A stretch of DNA of 63,994 bases, counting the filler, from Basidiobolus ranarum (taxonomy: Eukaryota): NCBI GenBank assembly GCA_040143965.1. It is 4 parts of 4 records of this genome, joined end to end, with 100 filler letters (N's around TTAATTAATTAA, not from the genome) between each part and the next. Parts side by side here need not be neighbours in the genome. Positions count along the whole stretch, not along the records: positions 17,068 to 34,028 come from JASJQH010007197.1; positions 34,129 to 51,073 come from JASJQH010007199.1; 2 more parts are not named here. One strand, written 5' to 3'. The notes beneath the pieces are model-generated. The model had not been told where the DNA came from and ran no database searches. It saw nothing but the letters and a program-made list of their open reading frames with translations. Below are positions 24,507-37,661 of this stretch, piece after piece; the stretch's first letter is position 1, and the number at the start of each line of letters is the position of its first letter. The position numbers and the translations under genes were made by a program.

Positions 24507-26380
24507 CATATCCGCGAAGAGATAGTGAAGATGTGCGAGTAAGCCAATCAAAAGTTGCGTGAGATGAGGCTTCGCTTTGTAGATAAATCAAGTATGTATA
24601 CATGTGGATGTTGGCTGGGATTCGGGTATTGCTAATGGTAACTTCATCATTCATTGCAATCGCCATTGGACTTGGCATGCTTAGAGTTCGAACTTTTGTC
24701 GATAAATGAGCGGAAGTCTGGGGTTGAGTGCACACAGCATAAATATATTTATCTATGCACACGTGGAGTTCAAATGAGAGTCTAGATATACTACTCATTT
24801 GAGAGAGAGTGGAACGTTGATCTACTCCAAGTCTTAATATAGCTGTTAGAGTTGGTGCTAAATATCGATTTGACTGGTAGATACAATGACGTCTGCCAAT
24901 AATGTAGTTTAGGAATAGTATTTTATCCTTTTAACCGAGAATTTAGCTACCGGGTTGATTTCCATGGCGTCAAATTACGACAATAGCGAGTAAAGCATTC
25001 CCATGGTTTAATGTGGCTTTGATCCGTAAGACTAAAAATGAAACTAGTGATCACGAACCCTTTTCATATGGAAAGAGAGGCTTAGGGAGTCTTCACAGCC
25101 AGAAAATCCATGGTTACCCACGGCCAGACTTAGCCAAACCGAATAAAATACAACGGGGCTGTTGGAGACATGACTCTTCAAACTGAAGAAATCCCCATGA
25201 CCAGAATTCCTACAAGAGTCGGAGAATCATCTGGGAATTTTGTCAGGCCGATCCAAGGTATTGTAATCTTGGTCCATGGTGGCTTGGAACCAATCCTATT
25301 GGTTTCTCTTGCGGCTATATTACTGCCTCGATTAGTAATTTCTTTACTATCAGTGCCGTGAGATTTCGGCCAAGATCAACTTGGTTACACGTTGTATTGC
25401 TACACATTCGTTCGAAGCTAGCATTTAGATAGGCTATCAGCACTAGGTGTATTTATAGCACTAGAGAACTTATTGAATATGCATAAAGATCCTACATTCA
25501 TATAGTGGCCACGCTCATGCAGACTCAAGTGGAAATATGGCAAGTGCGCCGGATGTCTTAAAGTGCTAAATATAACCGCTACTTAGTGCATAGCTTTGGT
25601 GCGTTTGATGACTAATAACTTTCCCGCCTTGCTCCTCTCATTTTGTTTGATTGGTTATTCTGCTATTTTTTATCAACCCCACATAGCGACTTCCTACGAT
25701 GAGATTAGGCAAGAATAATCTACTCAGTGTAGGGATATTTACCTTGGTTACTTCAGTTGATATTCAATTGGAGAAGCCAACTTTTACTACTTGGTGATTA
25801 TTCAAGGCAGGTCCAATACTCCTCTAGAATACACTAAGCAGTGTCAATGATATACCTGAGATATGACTAAAATATACCCATGGCATCACTGAATTCATGT
25901 ACGGGCATATAATATAGCAAAGCGAGAACCCTCCAGATAGCAAGTGGTTATTTTTCCTATTGTTAATAAATACAATTAGATTCATCATCATGGGCAAATG
26001 AATGTTAGGCATCATTGACGATTTTAATATGCTGTGTTTCCTGTTAATTAAGTGACAAACCACTTTAATACGTGTCATCTTTTGTTGATCTCGTTTGTAA
26101 ATTGGAGTATCTTTACATTTGTATGCTATGCTGCAGCCCTACGTATTTGTTACTTTGCTTATACACTGGCACTCATAACTGATTAACTTTGTCGCATGAA
26201 GTTTTAAAATGGCAATATCGCAGCATTCACTTCATGATTCAATTTGATGTTTGTCACAATGCTTGATCGGAGCCTAAGTAACAGCCATTGGTATTGAGAA
26301 GGTGATTCCGCTACTCTTGGTGTTGTGGCCTACATCTTTATTCATAAGCTTACATGTTGAAAGCCATTGTGAAGAAATAT

Positions 26381-26455
26381 TGGTTTGGCCAGAAATTGAA
26401 CCTGGGATTCTGCCAACTCTAACAAGGTGCTCCACTCACTAAAATATCAGTTCAC
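26381..26455 (-). pseudogene. Degenerate tRNA-like sequence (tRNA pseudogene or SINE head)
   Basis: Minus strand reads ...TAGTGAGTGGAGCACC...CCAGGTTCAATTTCTGGCCAAACCA: T-arm/B-box-like hairpin, ~75 nt, weak acceptor and D arms. Confidence 0.4.
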
Positions 26456-26766
26456 ATGACTTTAGTATCCCATTAAACTGACTCCTTACCTACAATCATA
26501 TATGCCATCTCTTAATACAGTCTATCAAATGCTCATAATTTTGATTAAGTAAATTTTATCAAGGTGTTTTGGGAGCCTATTGCAAGTGGTTTGGAGATTT
26601 AGAGAAATTGGTGGCTTGCACTTATTGATTTATTGAGTATTCAGTTGACATTTATAGTTTTGTCAAGATGTAAACAGACTAACACGAAAAATGTGTTAAG
26701 GAAGGTCCCAGGAACATGTGTGCAAAGTTTGGGGCTTCTTTGAAAGATCTATATATCTGAGAACTT

Positions 26767-26875
26767 CTAAGTAAAATCCCATTGAGAATAATGAGTGATA
26801 CCTTAGTTCAATACAGGATAACTAGATACTAAGCTATATATGACTATATGGGTGTTTAGGCAATGCTAATTCCAA
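26767..26875. repeat. Dispersed repeat end (copy B); element may extend further left
   Basis: Aligns with 17068-17176 in the same orientation. Confidence 0.8.
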
Positions 26876-27099
26876 AAATATTCTCTATGTTGCCAACTGC
26901 TTGATACTGTTGTGAGCACTTGCGATGAATTCGAAGTATTTAAGATAATCAGAAGCCATATGTGATTCGCGCTTGTTGTTTTGTTGAATTAAAAGAAGTA
27001 TTTATACTAATATTGGAAGTAAAGAAGAATATTCAAGGACTTGGAGTAAAAAAGCGGGGACTTTTGGAAGAGTTTGAGGAATCTCTGTCTTGTTCACCA

Positions 27100-27550
27100 T
27101 TTCAGATATTTGTCATATATATCCAAGATAAATGTGACCATTTTGATGTAGAACTATTATGCAAATGAATATCATATATACCTATACCTCAGCATATACG
27201 CGATATATACAAAGAAGAAATCTTGGGCCACAATTTATTCTTTGATGACAACTTTGGAAGTAGTGTCTTAGCAAAGGTTTATGTTATGTCTGTAAAACAG
27301 CTAAGGGGGGTTGTTTCCATTTATTCTATCGGAATAGATTAATGCATCAAAGCTGGATACATTCACAGAGATAGCTTGCCAACTTAAATATAATGTGATG
27401 GGATGTAAAACGTTTGGTCAATGGTATAGAATCAACTTTTAATGTTAATATATGCCATAGTAGTGAAACCTACATAAAGAACCGTGGTATTCTCAGAAAT
27501 ACAGTATAAACTCTTTTGACTTATGGCTGTAGAGTCACATAGTATTTGTG
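27100..27550 (+). pseudogene. Possible decayed protein-kinase-like gene (Crinkler/FunK-type)
   Basis: GCT GGA TAC ATT CAC AGA GAT (AGYIHRD, catalytic-loop-like) at 27352-27372, and a DLW-like subdomain IX ~150 bp downstream; interrupted by stops and frameshifts. Confidence 0.35.
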
Positions 27551-28172
27551 GTTTGGCATTACACAAAATAAATGTATAGTTACTTATTTGCTTTGCATTC
27601 TTGTACCATAATTCTTTTGAATAAATAATTCAAAAGAAAAAGAATATTATTAGTTTTAGGTATACCTCTAGACTGTTGATCATTTGGCCATTATAATTCC
27701 TACACAACTACTAGTAGTCCTCAATATTTATAACACAAATCCTGTATGATATTCAACTGCTGAAGTCTATTGAATATATGTACAATAGATGCATCATTCT
27801 TGCAGGTATCTTATTAAACTGCTTACAATAGAATCCAATCTTCTTGAGCCTGTATGTATTCTGTACTCATTCAAGATGAACTGGTTGCTTATGCAACTAG
27901 TCCGCTGCTGAACAGATCTACAGAAGTTAGTATGTTTATTTTTCCAGAAATCCACACGCAAAGTGAATCTACATCAGACTGATTTAAAGCTAGACTAATC
28001 CATAACACTAGAACCCAGGTTAAGTTCAAGGAAACTGGGATTGAATAAAGTGCCTACTATTACGGATCATAAATAGGTAATACGAAAGTAATGTTTGGAA
28101 TCAAAAAAAGGCCACATTGTTACCATTTACACAAACTGGTCTTAATTCCCCGAAACTGTGATGTGGAATAGT

Positions 28173-29320
28173 TCAGTCATTTGTTGCTTCATTAATTTTC
28201 TCGTTCCTTTTTCTATTCTCCAATCGCTCGCTCTCTAGCAAGTCATCCACATCACATATCCTCCATCTCCAGTCGGGTATGTTATGATCTGGTAGCCATG
28301 GTTTGGCCATAGCATCGGATGGTTCAAAATATGGAGTTTCAAAGCTGATAACTAGCGGGCGTCTCGAAAGGTCGGTCTTGAACGGCTCCCCATCCCTTTT
28401 GATTTGATAGAGCACATCGGCATCAAAAACCACATTCACTTTAGCGTACAATCCTTGATGTAGATCCTGAACGAAGCTACGTTCAAATGAGCTTAAAGTT
28501 TGTTTCGAGATAGCTATTTTCATGGTCATCCATTGATAAATACGATACTTCTCCTTTAATCCAAACGCTTTTTTGGGCCCACGAGTGATCCAAATATCCC
28601 CTAACTTTATGTTATGAATTTTCGGTATTTCGATATTTAATGTATACCCTTTTCGTTCTAATTCCGATAATTCCTTGTCATAACGATCGTATAAATCGGC
28701 GGATAACGTATCATTCAAATACCCTTTGTCCCATTTGGATAAGCTTGCGCAAAGTGGGCCTACTGTCATTTTAGCTTGAGTCAAGAAAATGTTAGCTTTG
28801 ACCGTAGAGCGCTGTAACACGGTTGAAATTGTTGGGTGCAAAATGAAGTTAACCTACCACCAGCCAAGAACTCCCTTGGAAAGTACTCCCTAGTAGAATA
28901 AGCTTGTATTTCTCCAATAGCTATCCATTGACTTACTGCTCGACATATGCTGGTTGGAACAATACTTTTGACAAAAGATAATGGTTGGTCCATTTGATAA
29001 GGATATTGTTTTATCCTACTAGCGTCAGAGCCGCAGAGCCATGCTGGCAATTAGAGGAGGAAATCAACTTAATTGTCACTAAAAGGTCTTGATTCAGAGC
29101 AACCAAAGAACTTACGAAAATCTATTTGTGGAAAATGCTCCGGTGGTATATTCAAGCCTTCAGGCGGAGTGCCTTTTGGTGCAGGCGGAGGTGAGGGAAT
29201 GGGGTCTTGAGAATGGCCAGGGAGTGGAGATGAGTATGCTCTCGGCCCTAAAATTCTTGGTATTTTTATCACTTGGGTCTTTAAGGGAAACTTGGAGAAT
29301 GGAGTTCGATGTAGAAACAT
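28173..29320 (-). CDS. Probable mitochondrial Tim44-like/MAIP1-like protein, 3 exons
   Basis: Basic presequence-like N-terminus (MFLHRTPFSKFPLK...RAYSS). Spliced PQIDF|PWLCG and YFPREFLAG|AKMTVGPLCASLSKWDKGYL resemble the Tim44-fold EFL.GAK pattern. Ends with WRICDVD. Confidence 0.6.
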
Positions 29321-30858
29321 TGTATGCGGTGTTTGATAACAAGCGAGTTCGAGTCGGCTAGATGGATTTATATTTCGTAGTCTCATAGACACAATCTAAT
29401 TGGGTCAGCAATTTCTATCTACGTCATGCTTGCTTTGTGGAGGAATCGAATACTACGATCTCTTAGTATTCAGCTGTTAACCGCTTCCTACCTTTATTAG
29501 CTACAGAACTCGAATATTCTTACAAATATTATTCCATGCTCCGAGAAACCCTCTTTGCCCGCTCATTCAAAGTCAAGTATGGGTGTTATAGTTTTGATAC
29601 AGTGTGAAGTAATTTGATAAACTTTACGCAATAAAGAAGCAGTTATGTTTCCCGATCCACGATGAAAGCTCAAGCACAAATATGGACATTAGCGGGAATA
29701 CTATGTTATAGATAGTAATTACCTCACTTGTGTAACGTGACAGTTCTCGATTCTCCATCGTGATAGCACCATTTTTGAATCAGTGATTTAGGGTTCCACT
29801 CCGAGGGAATGTATGCATCTTGACAAAAGAACTTCCTTGATTCTAGAGTGACAGAAATGAGCCTGAGTTATTTGCTAAATAGTGCCCGCCCTTTTCTTAC
29901 TTTGTTCTTATCGGTAAACTTCAGGTTTTACGAAAACAACATTCAACCTTAAATGATGAATTCAAAACCAAGCAGGTTTTTCTTACTTGGATGAACAGTG
30001 GAGATTGAGTTATTCCAAAAAGTAATTAGTTTTCTTTAAATATGGAATATTTAACTTAAAGCGAATCGTTTTGGAGCAAGCAAGCTTCTAGAAGCTTAGT
30101 ATAAGCCTGACCTAAACCTTATTCCTGCAACTTTTCCATTGAAACCTTCGAGCTCCGAATTCACAATATCAAGTCAAGTAGAAGAATGAACAGATACTGA
30201 AGTCAATCTTACAGACTCCACATGGTTATGAAATCTAAACTTGAGTTAAACCGTCTATCAAGAAAGGTACGACCATAGTTATCCATGAAATTATAGTTTC
30301 ACGAATCAAAAGGCCTAGACCAAGAGATAGAGGCTTGAAAGATGAATGAAAAATTAGAAATTAAGCTTTCTAAACACAAAAAGTTCCTATCTCACTAATA
30401 TGTAGGTTTCTCTCTCAGTTTCAAAAGACATCTTTAAATCCATTATTCATATAGTAGCCATTGTCTTATAGCTTAAGTGAACTTCAATGGATAAGATGGA
30501 ATTGAAGAATTTCACCTTCGTATGACAGATTAATCTGCAATCTTGAAAAGGGGGATTAATCCATTTAAAATTCTAGATCAAAATATGGATGGATAATGTT
30601 AAGCTCATGCCTCGACCTGCCGACTGTTACTATTAAAGTATTTAAAGCCAATACTACTTCAACTCCTACCACTCGGATTTGCTAAGTTAATTAGTCCTGA
30701 AAGGAGAGATTCAATTCCAAAGAATATTTATTTGGGTTTATGCAACAAGCGACTTTGGAGGAGAAAGAATTACAAAAGGTTTGGGGTTAGGTGGCATGAT
30801 TTTCAGTCTTACACGAAATCTCTTTTTTTACAAATTTTACAAAAACTAGTAATACATT

Positions 30859-31755
30859 TCAAACAATAGGGATTTTTAGCAGGTGGGTGGCTGTGACTGC
30901 GGTTAAGAAAAGTAGCAGCTTGGCCCTTACTATAACTATAATACATATTACAAGCGAACATAACATGAGAGCAATTATAAATGGCTCTTCCGTGGCTATT
31001 AGTGTCATGAAGATTCGATTTGCTGCTTGGAATCCGACCATCGAGAGTGTAAATAAAAGTACAAAAAGTGAGGGAGACTCGGAAGTAAACAGACGATTCA
31101 CCGTTTTGGTTAAAGTATTGAATATATACAACGTAACGAAGATAATTCCTCGGACGAACATCATCAGACTCGCAATGGCAATGGTTATAAACAGTATCAT
31201 CAAGAACTCTTTGGTTCCGGTGATCGCGGCAAATACTCCGGTAATTCCGAATAGTAGAAGGAACTCTTTGACTCCGGTGACCGCCACCGCGATGGACGAT
31301 ACGGTGAAAATGATGATGGTGTCTTGAACTCCCAGAAAGCTCGCTATTGTGCTTGCTATCAGGAAAATTCCAAGGAATGTAGGGGTACTGGTCATAGTGG
31401 CGGTTATCACTGAGAAACTAAATACGATGAAAAACTCCTTAGTCGTACTGATGATCGCAGTGGTCGCAGCTAGAACGACGATTACTACAAGGTCGCGTAC
31501 ATTTGGTACTACTGAGGTTACAGCAGCTAGCACGAAAAGCAGCAAGAATTCGCGCGGACTGGCAACAAGAGCAGCCACTAGAGTCATGCCAATAATGACG
31601 AGAAACTCTTCGGTTACTGCAGTCATCAGCTTGTCTCGAGTGCTTCGTACGAAGGGGATTATTGAGGTCCCCAACGTAGTTCTAAAATTCACACTTTCAC
31701 CGAACAGTGTGATGGTTTTTAACGTGGTGATGTTTGCTTGAGGTTGGGAAATCAT
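30859..31755 (-). CDS. Intronless orphan hydrophobic protein with eight tandem 19-aa repeats
   Basis: Uninterrupted ORF (298 aa from ATG 31755) with exact 19-residue periodicity (x3-[KRQ]-[ED]-F then hydrophobic run); TATA-like ACTATATATAG ~140 bp upstream. Confidence 0.72.
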   Translation of the reverse strand: MISQPQANITTLKTITLFGESVNFRTTLGTSIIPFVRSTRDKLMTAVTEEFLVIIGMTLVAALVASPREFLLLFVLAAVTSVVPNVRDLVVIVVLAATTAIISTTKEFFIVFSFSVITATMTSTPTFLGIFLIASTIASFLGVQDTIIIFTVSSIAVAVTGVKEFLLLFGITGVFAAITGTKEFLMILFITIAIASLMMFVRGIIFVTLYIFNTLTKTVNRLFTSESPSLFVLLFTLSMVGFQAANRIFMTLIATEEPFIIALMLCSLVICIIVIVRAKLLLFLTAVTATHLLKIPIV

Positions 31756-33449
31756 AGATCGGTTTGTTTGAGATCTTGGATGATATATGTATTGGGTTAT
31801 GCAGATGCAAGGCAAGACTTGCGTTATGCTCTGTGATGCCTTTGAAGTGATTGTCGCAAAGTATTTCGATCAACCTCCTAGGGGACTTCCAACACTATAT
31901 ATAGACTTCACAAGATATGACATCAGTACTATTGATTGTCCAAGATTCGATAGAAATTGTGAGCAAATAATGACTTCCGACTTGGGATCCAGATCACAAT
32001 CAGCCATGGACAAATTATAGGCCAAATTGTAAGTAGGAGTAAGTGTCATCACCAAAAATGATGCCATTTAGGATCGGTATCCACGAATCTGATGGACCCT
32101 GGCTTATTCAACAAACAAAGGCAATTGGGGGCATTCCCAAGTAACTTCAACTCCAAATCTATGACGTAGAATTCAGTTCATCAGTACAATATGAGTATTT
32201 GGCGATCCTAAGAATGATGATGTAGAGCGGGTTATGCCAGGCGAACATGTAGTGCTCGTCCGATTTTGCCCACTTGTAATTAGCAGAAAAGAAAATCTCT
32301 CATCACTCTATTGGCCCTCCATCTTTTGACCTCAAAACCGAATGGTGACGAAAACTCTCATCACCAGCCACTACGCAGATCTCAGGAGTCTGGTAAAGTT
32401 AGCTATATTGGATTTCACCATTGTTGCAAACAGACCCACGCGGACCAGAAACGCCTATTGCTCCTGGATTCTTGGTGTATTCGTGATGTCTTGCTGAAAC
32501 TTATCAATTTGGCTCACCAATGATGCGATTATCAGGTGACTAGATTCTTATTGTAGGCATCTTCAGTGCACAGCATTATTTGGCAACATGTAGTTAGGAA
32601 CGTTATCAGTATTATAAATTATGGTCAGTACAATTGAGGGTTTCAAAGAACCTTGCCAGCCAGAACCCAACCGAATTTAACAGGGTTTTAAACATAGATA
32701 ATCAGTTCACGTCAATCAACTAACAATGAGTTAACGTTTGGCATCTATTCCAATCATATTTGTTGCAATTACTTGGATAGGGGTATCAAACGCTTAAGAA
32801 TGTCAACGATCTACGTATGCGAAGGAAACAGAACTGAGATACAGTTTTCCATGAACATTCTAAACATAGACCGTTGTTTTCAGTGCTTTGGTTGCAGAAT
32901 TGCCTTTTTCCATTCTTTAGGTTACTACAAAATGCCCGAATTGTCTGTTGCTAAGAAAACGAGGCTCAGGGTAACAGAAGCTTAGAGATTGAAAACCTCA
33001 TCGGAGGTTAGTCAAGGAAGGAGGAGTCACAGTTCTTTGCATGATAAGTATGGCTTAGCATGGTGCTATGACGTTATTGGCTCAATGCATCAAGCCCACA
33101 ATCGGCCCTCGGAAATAGAAAATACGTCTTATTTTACAAAATATCTGATTGTTCTAATTCCTCTCATTTTGGATCAAAACACTGTATATTGGCATCGATC
33201 AATCTACACATCGTGAAACCTCTCCACTCTCTCTGCACTCCTACATTACATCAATCGTAGCCGGTATGACAAAGGTTGTTGACTTGAGTGATTGGAGGCG
33301 GTATTCAGTTCAACATTTGATTGGGTCTTGTGAATAAACAAAATTTTAATCACCGTATACTCGACATACATTTGTTATCTGGATGCTCAACCACTGGGTT
33401 AACCTATTCGAGCAAATTATTTGGCCTAGGCGGGAATTTAATAGCTCCC

Positions 33450-33786
33450 ATGAACGAAGAAATCAAAGCACTTGAAAGCGAAATGAAGAAGAACAGGGGG
33501 AGCGAGAAAGAGATTACGGCAGCTATAAAGACAATATTGGAACATATAAAGAAGGTCAGGCTGGCTATTTCGTTAAGAGATATTGAAGATATACCTAAAG
33601 AATTTCGGTCCTTGAACGATTTGGATAAGATCCATAATCTTTTTGGCTTGCATTCAACCGATTAGCAATTTACAAAAGACACGATCTATTACAACTGCAA
33701 AAGCAACCCTCTCAAGTATGTAAAGGCGTATGCCAGACTGTTTAGCATGTGCAAAACTCTCCAAAACAAACAATTCAACTACTTTC
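33450..33786 (+). pseudogene. Second Fanzor fragment (N-terminal helical region), inverted relative to 17177-18604
   Basis: Clear nucleotide homology to the reverse complement of ~17871-18168 (AAAGAAGGTCAGGCTGGCTATTT, TATTGAAGATATACCTAAAGAATTTC, GCAAAAGCAACCCTCTCAAG); internal TAG at 33663-33665. Confidence 0.85.
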
Positions 33787-34028
33787 TTTGGGGAGTGGGT
33801 GAAAACGCTGTGGTGATTTTACATGGCCAAATTCAGAATTCCACTTGTAGATAATTGTTGGAAGCTAGTGACTCGTAGAAACTAGGTTCTTAGGGTTAGG
33901 TAGGGGGGATGAAAAGCACCAGGTGGTGTGGACTATATTTAGCTTATATACTAATCTAAGCCGAATGGGAATCCGGGCAGCTATCTTCTATAATATTTTG
34001 ACAGAACGGGATCGTATCCCTACTTAAC

Positions 34029-34128
34029 NNNNNNNNNNNNNNNNNNNNNNNNNNNNNNNNNNNNNNNNNNNNTTAATTAATTAANNNNNNNNNNNNNNNN
34101 NNNNNNNNNNNNNNNNNNNNNNNNNNNN
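34029..34128. other. Artificial contig spacer
   Basis: 44 N + TTAATTAATTAA + 44 N. Confidence 0.97.
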
Positions 34129-37100
34129 CCCAAAATATACAAACTCCACAATGCTTTGGCAGAGAATATTGCAACCTTATTCCCATTTCACCATTCCCCA
34201 CTATCTTTGTCTTGTATAATTTGACGCTTCAATTGTTACGTCATCGCTTTGTATATATTCCATTTATCTAGCAAGGTTACCATCGGGACCATCTTTGAAG
34301 AGAAATGATCTTGCTCAAGACCTTGCTTAGGAAACATTCTTCCTGATGATCGGACTCACCGTTCAAGAACTTCCACTAAAACAGTGCTGTCTAGTATAAA
34401 CCACAGCCCTTGGGAAGACTTTGGGCTTCTCAATTGCCCCGGCATTTCCCGGTTTTGTGTTCGAACGTGAGAATTCAGATTTTTTTTTCAGTTGGTTGCT
34501 ATTTCGGCCATGGATGAACTGGTGTTTGCTGCTTTTAATTATTTCTCTACGGTTTCCGCGAGTGTAATCTCCATTATATTCTGAATGATATTCCTTCGTC
34601 TCATCTCTGTTATTTCATTTGTATTCCTGAATACCAATGTGGAAGAAATAACCAAGGTGCCAATACTTCGTTATGTCCATCCGTACCACATTTACCGTAC
34701 GTTTTTACATTATTTCATCTTGCTACCTACAAAAACAACTTCCATTCCCATTAAATATAAGTCATACTTCCTTCTCATAATTCTATTTGGTTCTCCCTCA
34801 AATAAATTAACTGCGAAATTTCACTCTCAACTATCTAAAGAAATAGTCTCAAGGGCTATATTTCACCCATATCCATATGCTGTCATCATATCTAGAGAGT
34901 TTTATCCATCTTGAATCCAAGATCCTTCTACTCTAGATCCTGTAGGAGGCATTCAAGGTTGCTTGATACTAATCCAGATAGGACAAGAACAAATGAAACA
35001 TCTCAAGCCAGGATATGTAGCCAATAGATTGAGCGCTCATCTTTAGTTGGTTTTATTTCAAAATTAGAGAAATGATTAGCAATATGGCAGTTATTCCTAT
35101 ACTTTATCATCGCACACATCCTGTTCTTGGTTCGAGCTTCTAATAACAATCATTATGTCACCAAGATGCCGGTATGATATGCTTGCATCAATGAAAGAGC
35201 TCTTTAACATACTTTCTGGTTTTCTTGGTATGTTTCTTGAAGGATGAACCTAGAGAACGTATCGGGAAAGTAATCAGTCGAAGCCTCCATTGACGAAGGA
35301 AACTCATCGGGATATATTTATAGGGTTAAGGACTTTTAAGATTGGTTTTGGTAGAGTCTAGGATAACTCTTATTTATAATTTGGACGTTTTCGAATATTC
35401 GGGCATATGTTTGATCCACATGTGAGTGATGTATTGGGTGATCAGTTGGTGCATTGTTCACTTCTTCAGGAGTTGACCACATAGACAGACTAAAATTATT
35501 CTTGTGTCCAGCGCGTGCATTAAAAGCACTCTATGATGATGAGGCTGAGGCGTTTGTTTTACCCGATGTATTCCCAAATATTTGCTATATGGATGGCCTC
35601 TATCTATACTTTTACTTTGGTGTGTTACTGGATACATTCACATGAATCAGAATAATCAGTTGTTTTCAAAGTAAAGCACAGTTGACAGTATCATTATGCA
35701 GATCTGATTTGTCACTGTGCTCTTTTCTAATCTGTATTGTATTGTGAAACGTTTTTCTGTTGAGTAGAGCAGGCTCTTTATCCTATTCTTAGTGAATTCT
35801 TTTCCTAAGTTTAGCCTTCAACGAACTCCCTTTTTAAGCAGAACTCAATGACATCGAAGAGGCCAATCACTTTGCATCCGAACAAAAAGGTGCCAAAACA
35901 TTAGCATAGGCTTTGAGCAGCTAGTTGATGCTTGATATAGTCTCAACCCTTTCGGAGTCTCATTAAAGTGAATCCGCAATATTGCAGAAATGTAACCCCT
36001 CATTAGTTTTTGAAGTTTGTTTATAATAGTCATCGGAATCCAATTAGTACTGGATTATATAAGGGGGTTACTATCCCAAAAAGAGCAACTTGGGTAATGA
36101 CGCGTTAGAGTGGTGAGGATGTCTTTTGATAAAACGCGAGTATTGCTCAAATAATTTGAATTGGCTTCTTCTATTGACCTGTGATAGAAAAGCAAGCCAG
36201 CACGAGATGGTGATGGATTGGCAAAGTAAATATATATACATGAAACTTCTTTTTATTGATGTTTCATTTTCTGTCCTAAGATGACAATGATGATCACAAG
36301 GCCAAGTAAACTAGCTTAAGTTTTTGTAGCGAATATTGGCAAGTGATTGCTTTACAGAATGGATATCTGAGCGTTCAACTCATAATTGTCCATTAGAAAC
36401 CTACTGAATATCTTTATATTGAGAGGTAGCCATAGATGTATAAGTATGTTCTTGTCCTAGTCTGTTGTACTTTATCTTCAATTGATGCAGACACCTTTTC
36501 ATAATTACTTTTCATATCAGATGTATATATATATTTCTAAATTTTACCTATCGGCATGCATTTAAATCTTCAGTTACAGGTGGACTTTTCCGTCTCACAG
36601 GAAATAGTCTTTGCGCAACGGCGTCATCCTGCAGATAACTATAGATAGTTGCAAGTGTCATACAGCGATTATGGAATTTCTGGGAAAGTAGTGTCAATTT
36701 AAATTCTACTTGGGAGTCCAGGGGATTATGGAGATTATTGCCTTACTCATCTTCATTTCCTATTGATTAAACTTTTTGAAAACCTGTTCAGTTTCATTCA
36801 TATCAATACCATCAATCATAATGCTTTATACTGTGAAAAAGGTTACTGCTATACAGAAAATTGGTTCGATGAATTCTCTTTTCAAGCAAATATTGTATCT
36901 CGTACTTGTAAACGGGTCGAGTCTCGACCTGAATCACAAGTTTCAAGGCATCAGTTTGTAGAAAGTGATCCTCGCTGATTTAATGATCCAAATGGCAATC
37001 ACCACTTATTTATATCCAATCTCGCTAAAAACTCGCCTATAAATATTTAATATTAATATACACAGTTTCTCATGTAGTTTAGTCAATATAGAAGATTTTA

Positions 37101-37661
37101 TTAATGTACTAAAAGAGCAAAGAGACATAATATATATATATATACTAAAATATACTGATAAGATTCATCCAAAACTATACACCTCTCTTGATGGGTAGGT
37201 AACAATCGATCCAGTAGTCAACTCCTGCTTATTACAGCACATGCATTGCGATTGAATGTATGACTGTCACTTTTCCCTGTGAGGCGCCAATACTTTCTAG
37301 TTACTCAGTAAATCCTTGTGTTTCGAGTGCCACGTCCTCACTTACCATAGGATGTCGGTAAAGTTATAAAATGAAGTAGGACTCGATACAAAGATGGCAC
37401 GGACTGATGCGAGATGAAGAAATAGAGAGTAAGGCTGAGATTGAGATGAGAAAGGAGGGAAGAGAAGTATAGAGTAGAATGAGTAGAGCAACTGAATAGA
37501 CTAGATTCCTACCAAAAACAATGAAGCAGAAAAGTATCTACATGAATAACTAATAACCCTATCAAAAGCTGGCTTCACATCATGTCTGGTAAGAGTAGTC
37601 ATCAACATATCGCCCAACTCGACGATACTCATACACCTCCTCCCAGTTGTGTGACTGCATT

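Noticed and set aside
30082-30097. 16-bp perfect palindrome AAGCTTCTAGAAGCTT
   Set aside because: Isolated; a palindrome of this length is expected about once by chance in 64 kb.
30200-30750. Faint resemblance to a non-LTR reverse-transcriptase C-terminal region (YVGFSL, KIW)
   Set aside because: Too degenerate, no YADD-like core; cannot be supported without BLASTx.
30887-31741. Plus-strand ORFs (146 and 130 aa) opposite the 19-aa repeat protein
   Set aside because: Antisense shadows, broken by a stop, while the minus frame is continuous.
33891-33908. TTAGGGTTAGGG telomere-like motif near contig end
   Set aside because: Only two units, followed by >100 bp of ordinary sequence.
34129-37400. 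About 3.3 kb without a convincing gene
   Set aside because: Only short motif-less ORFs; no repeat or RNA structure I can support.
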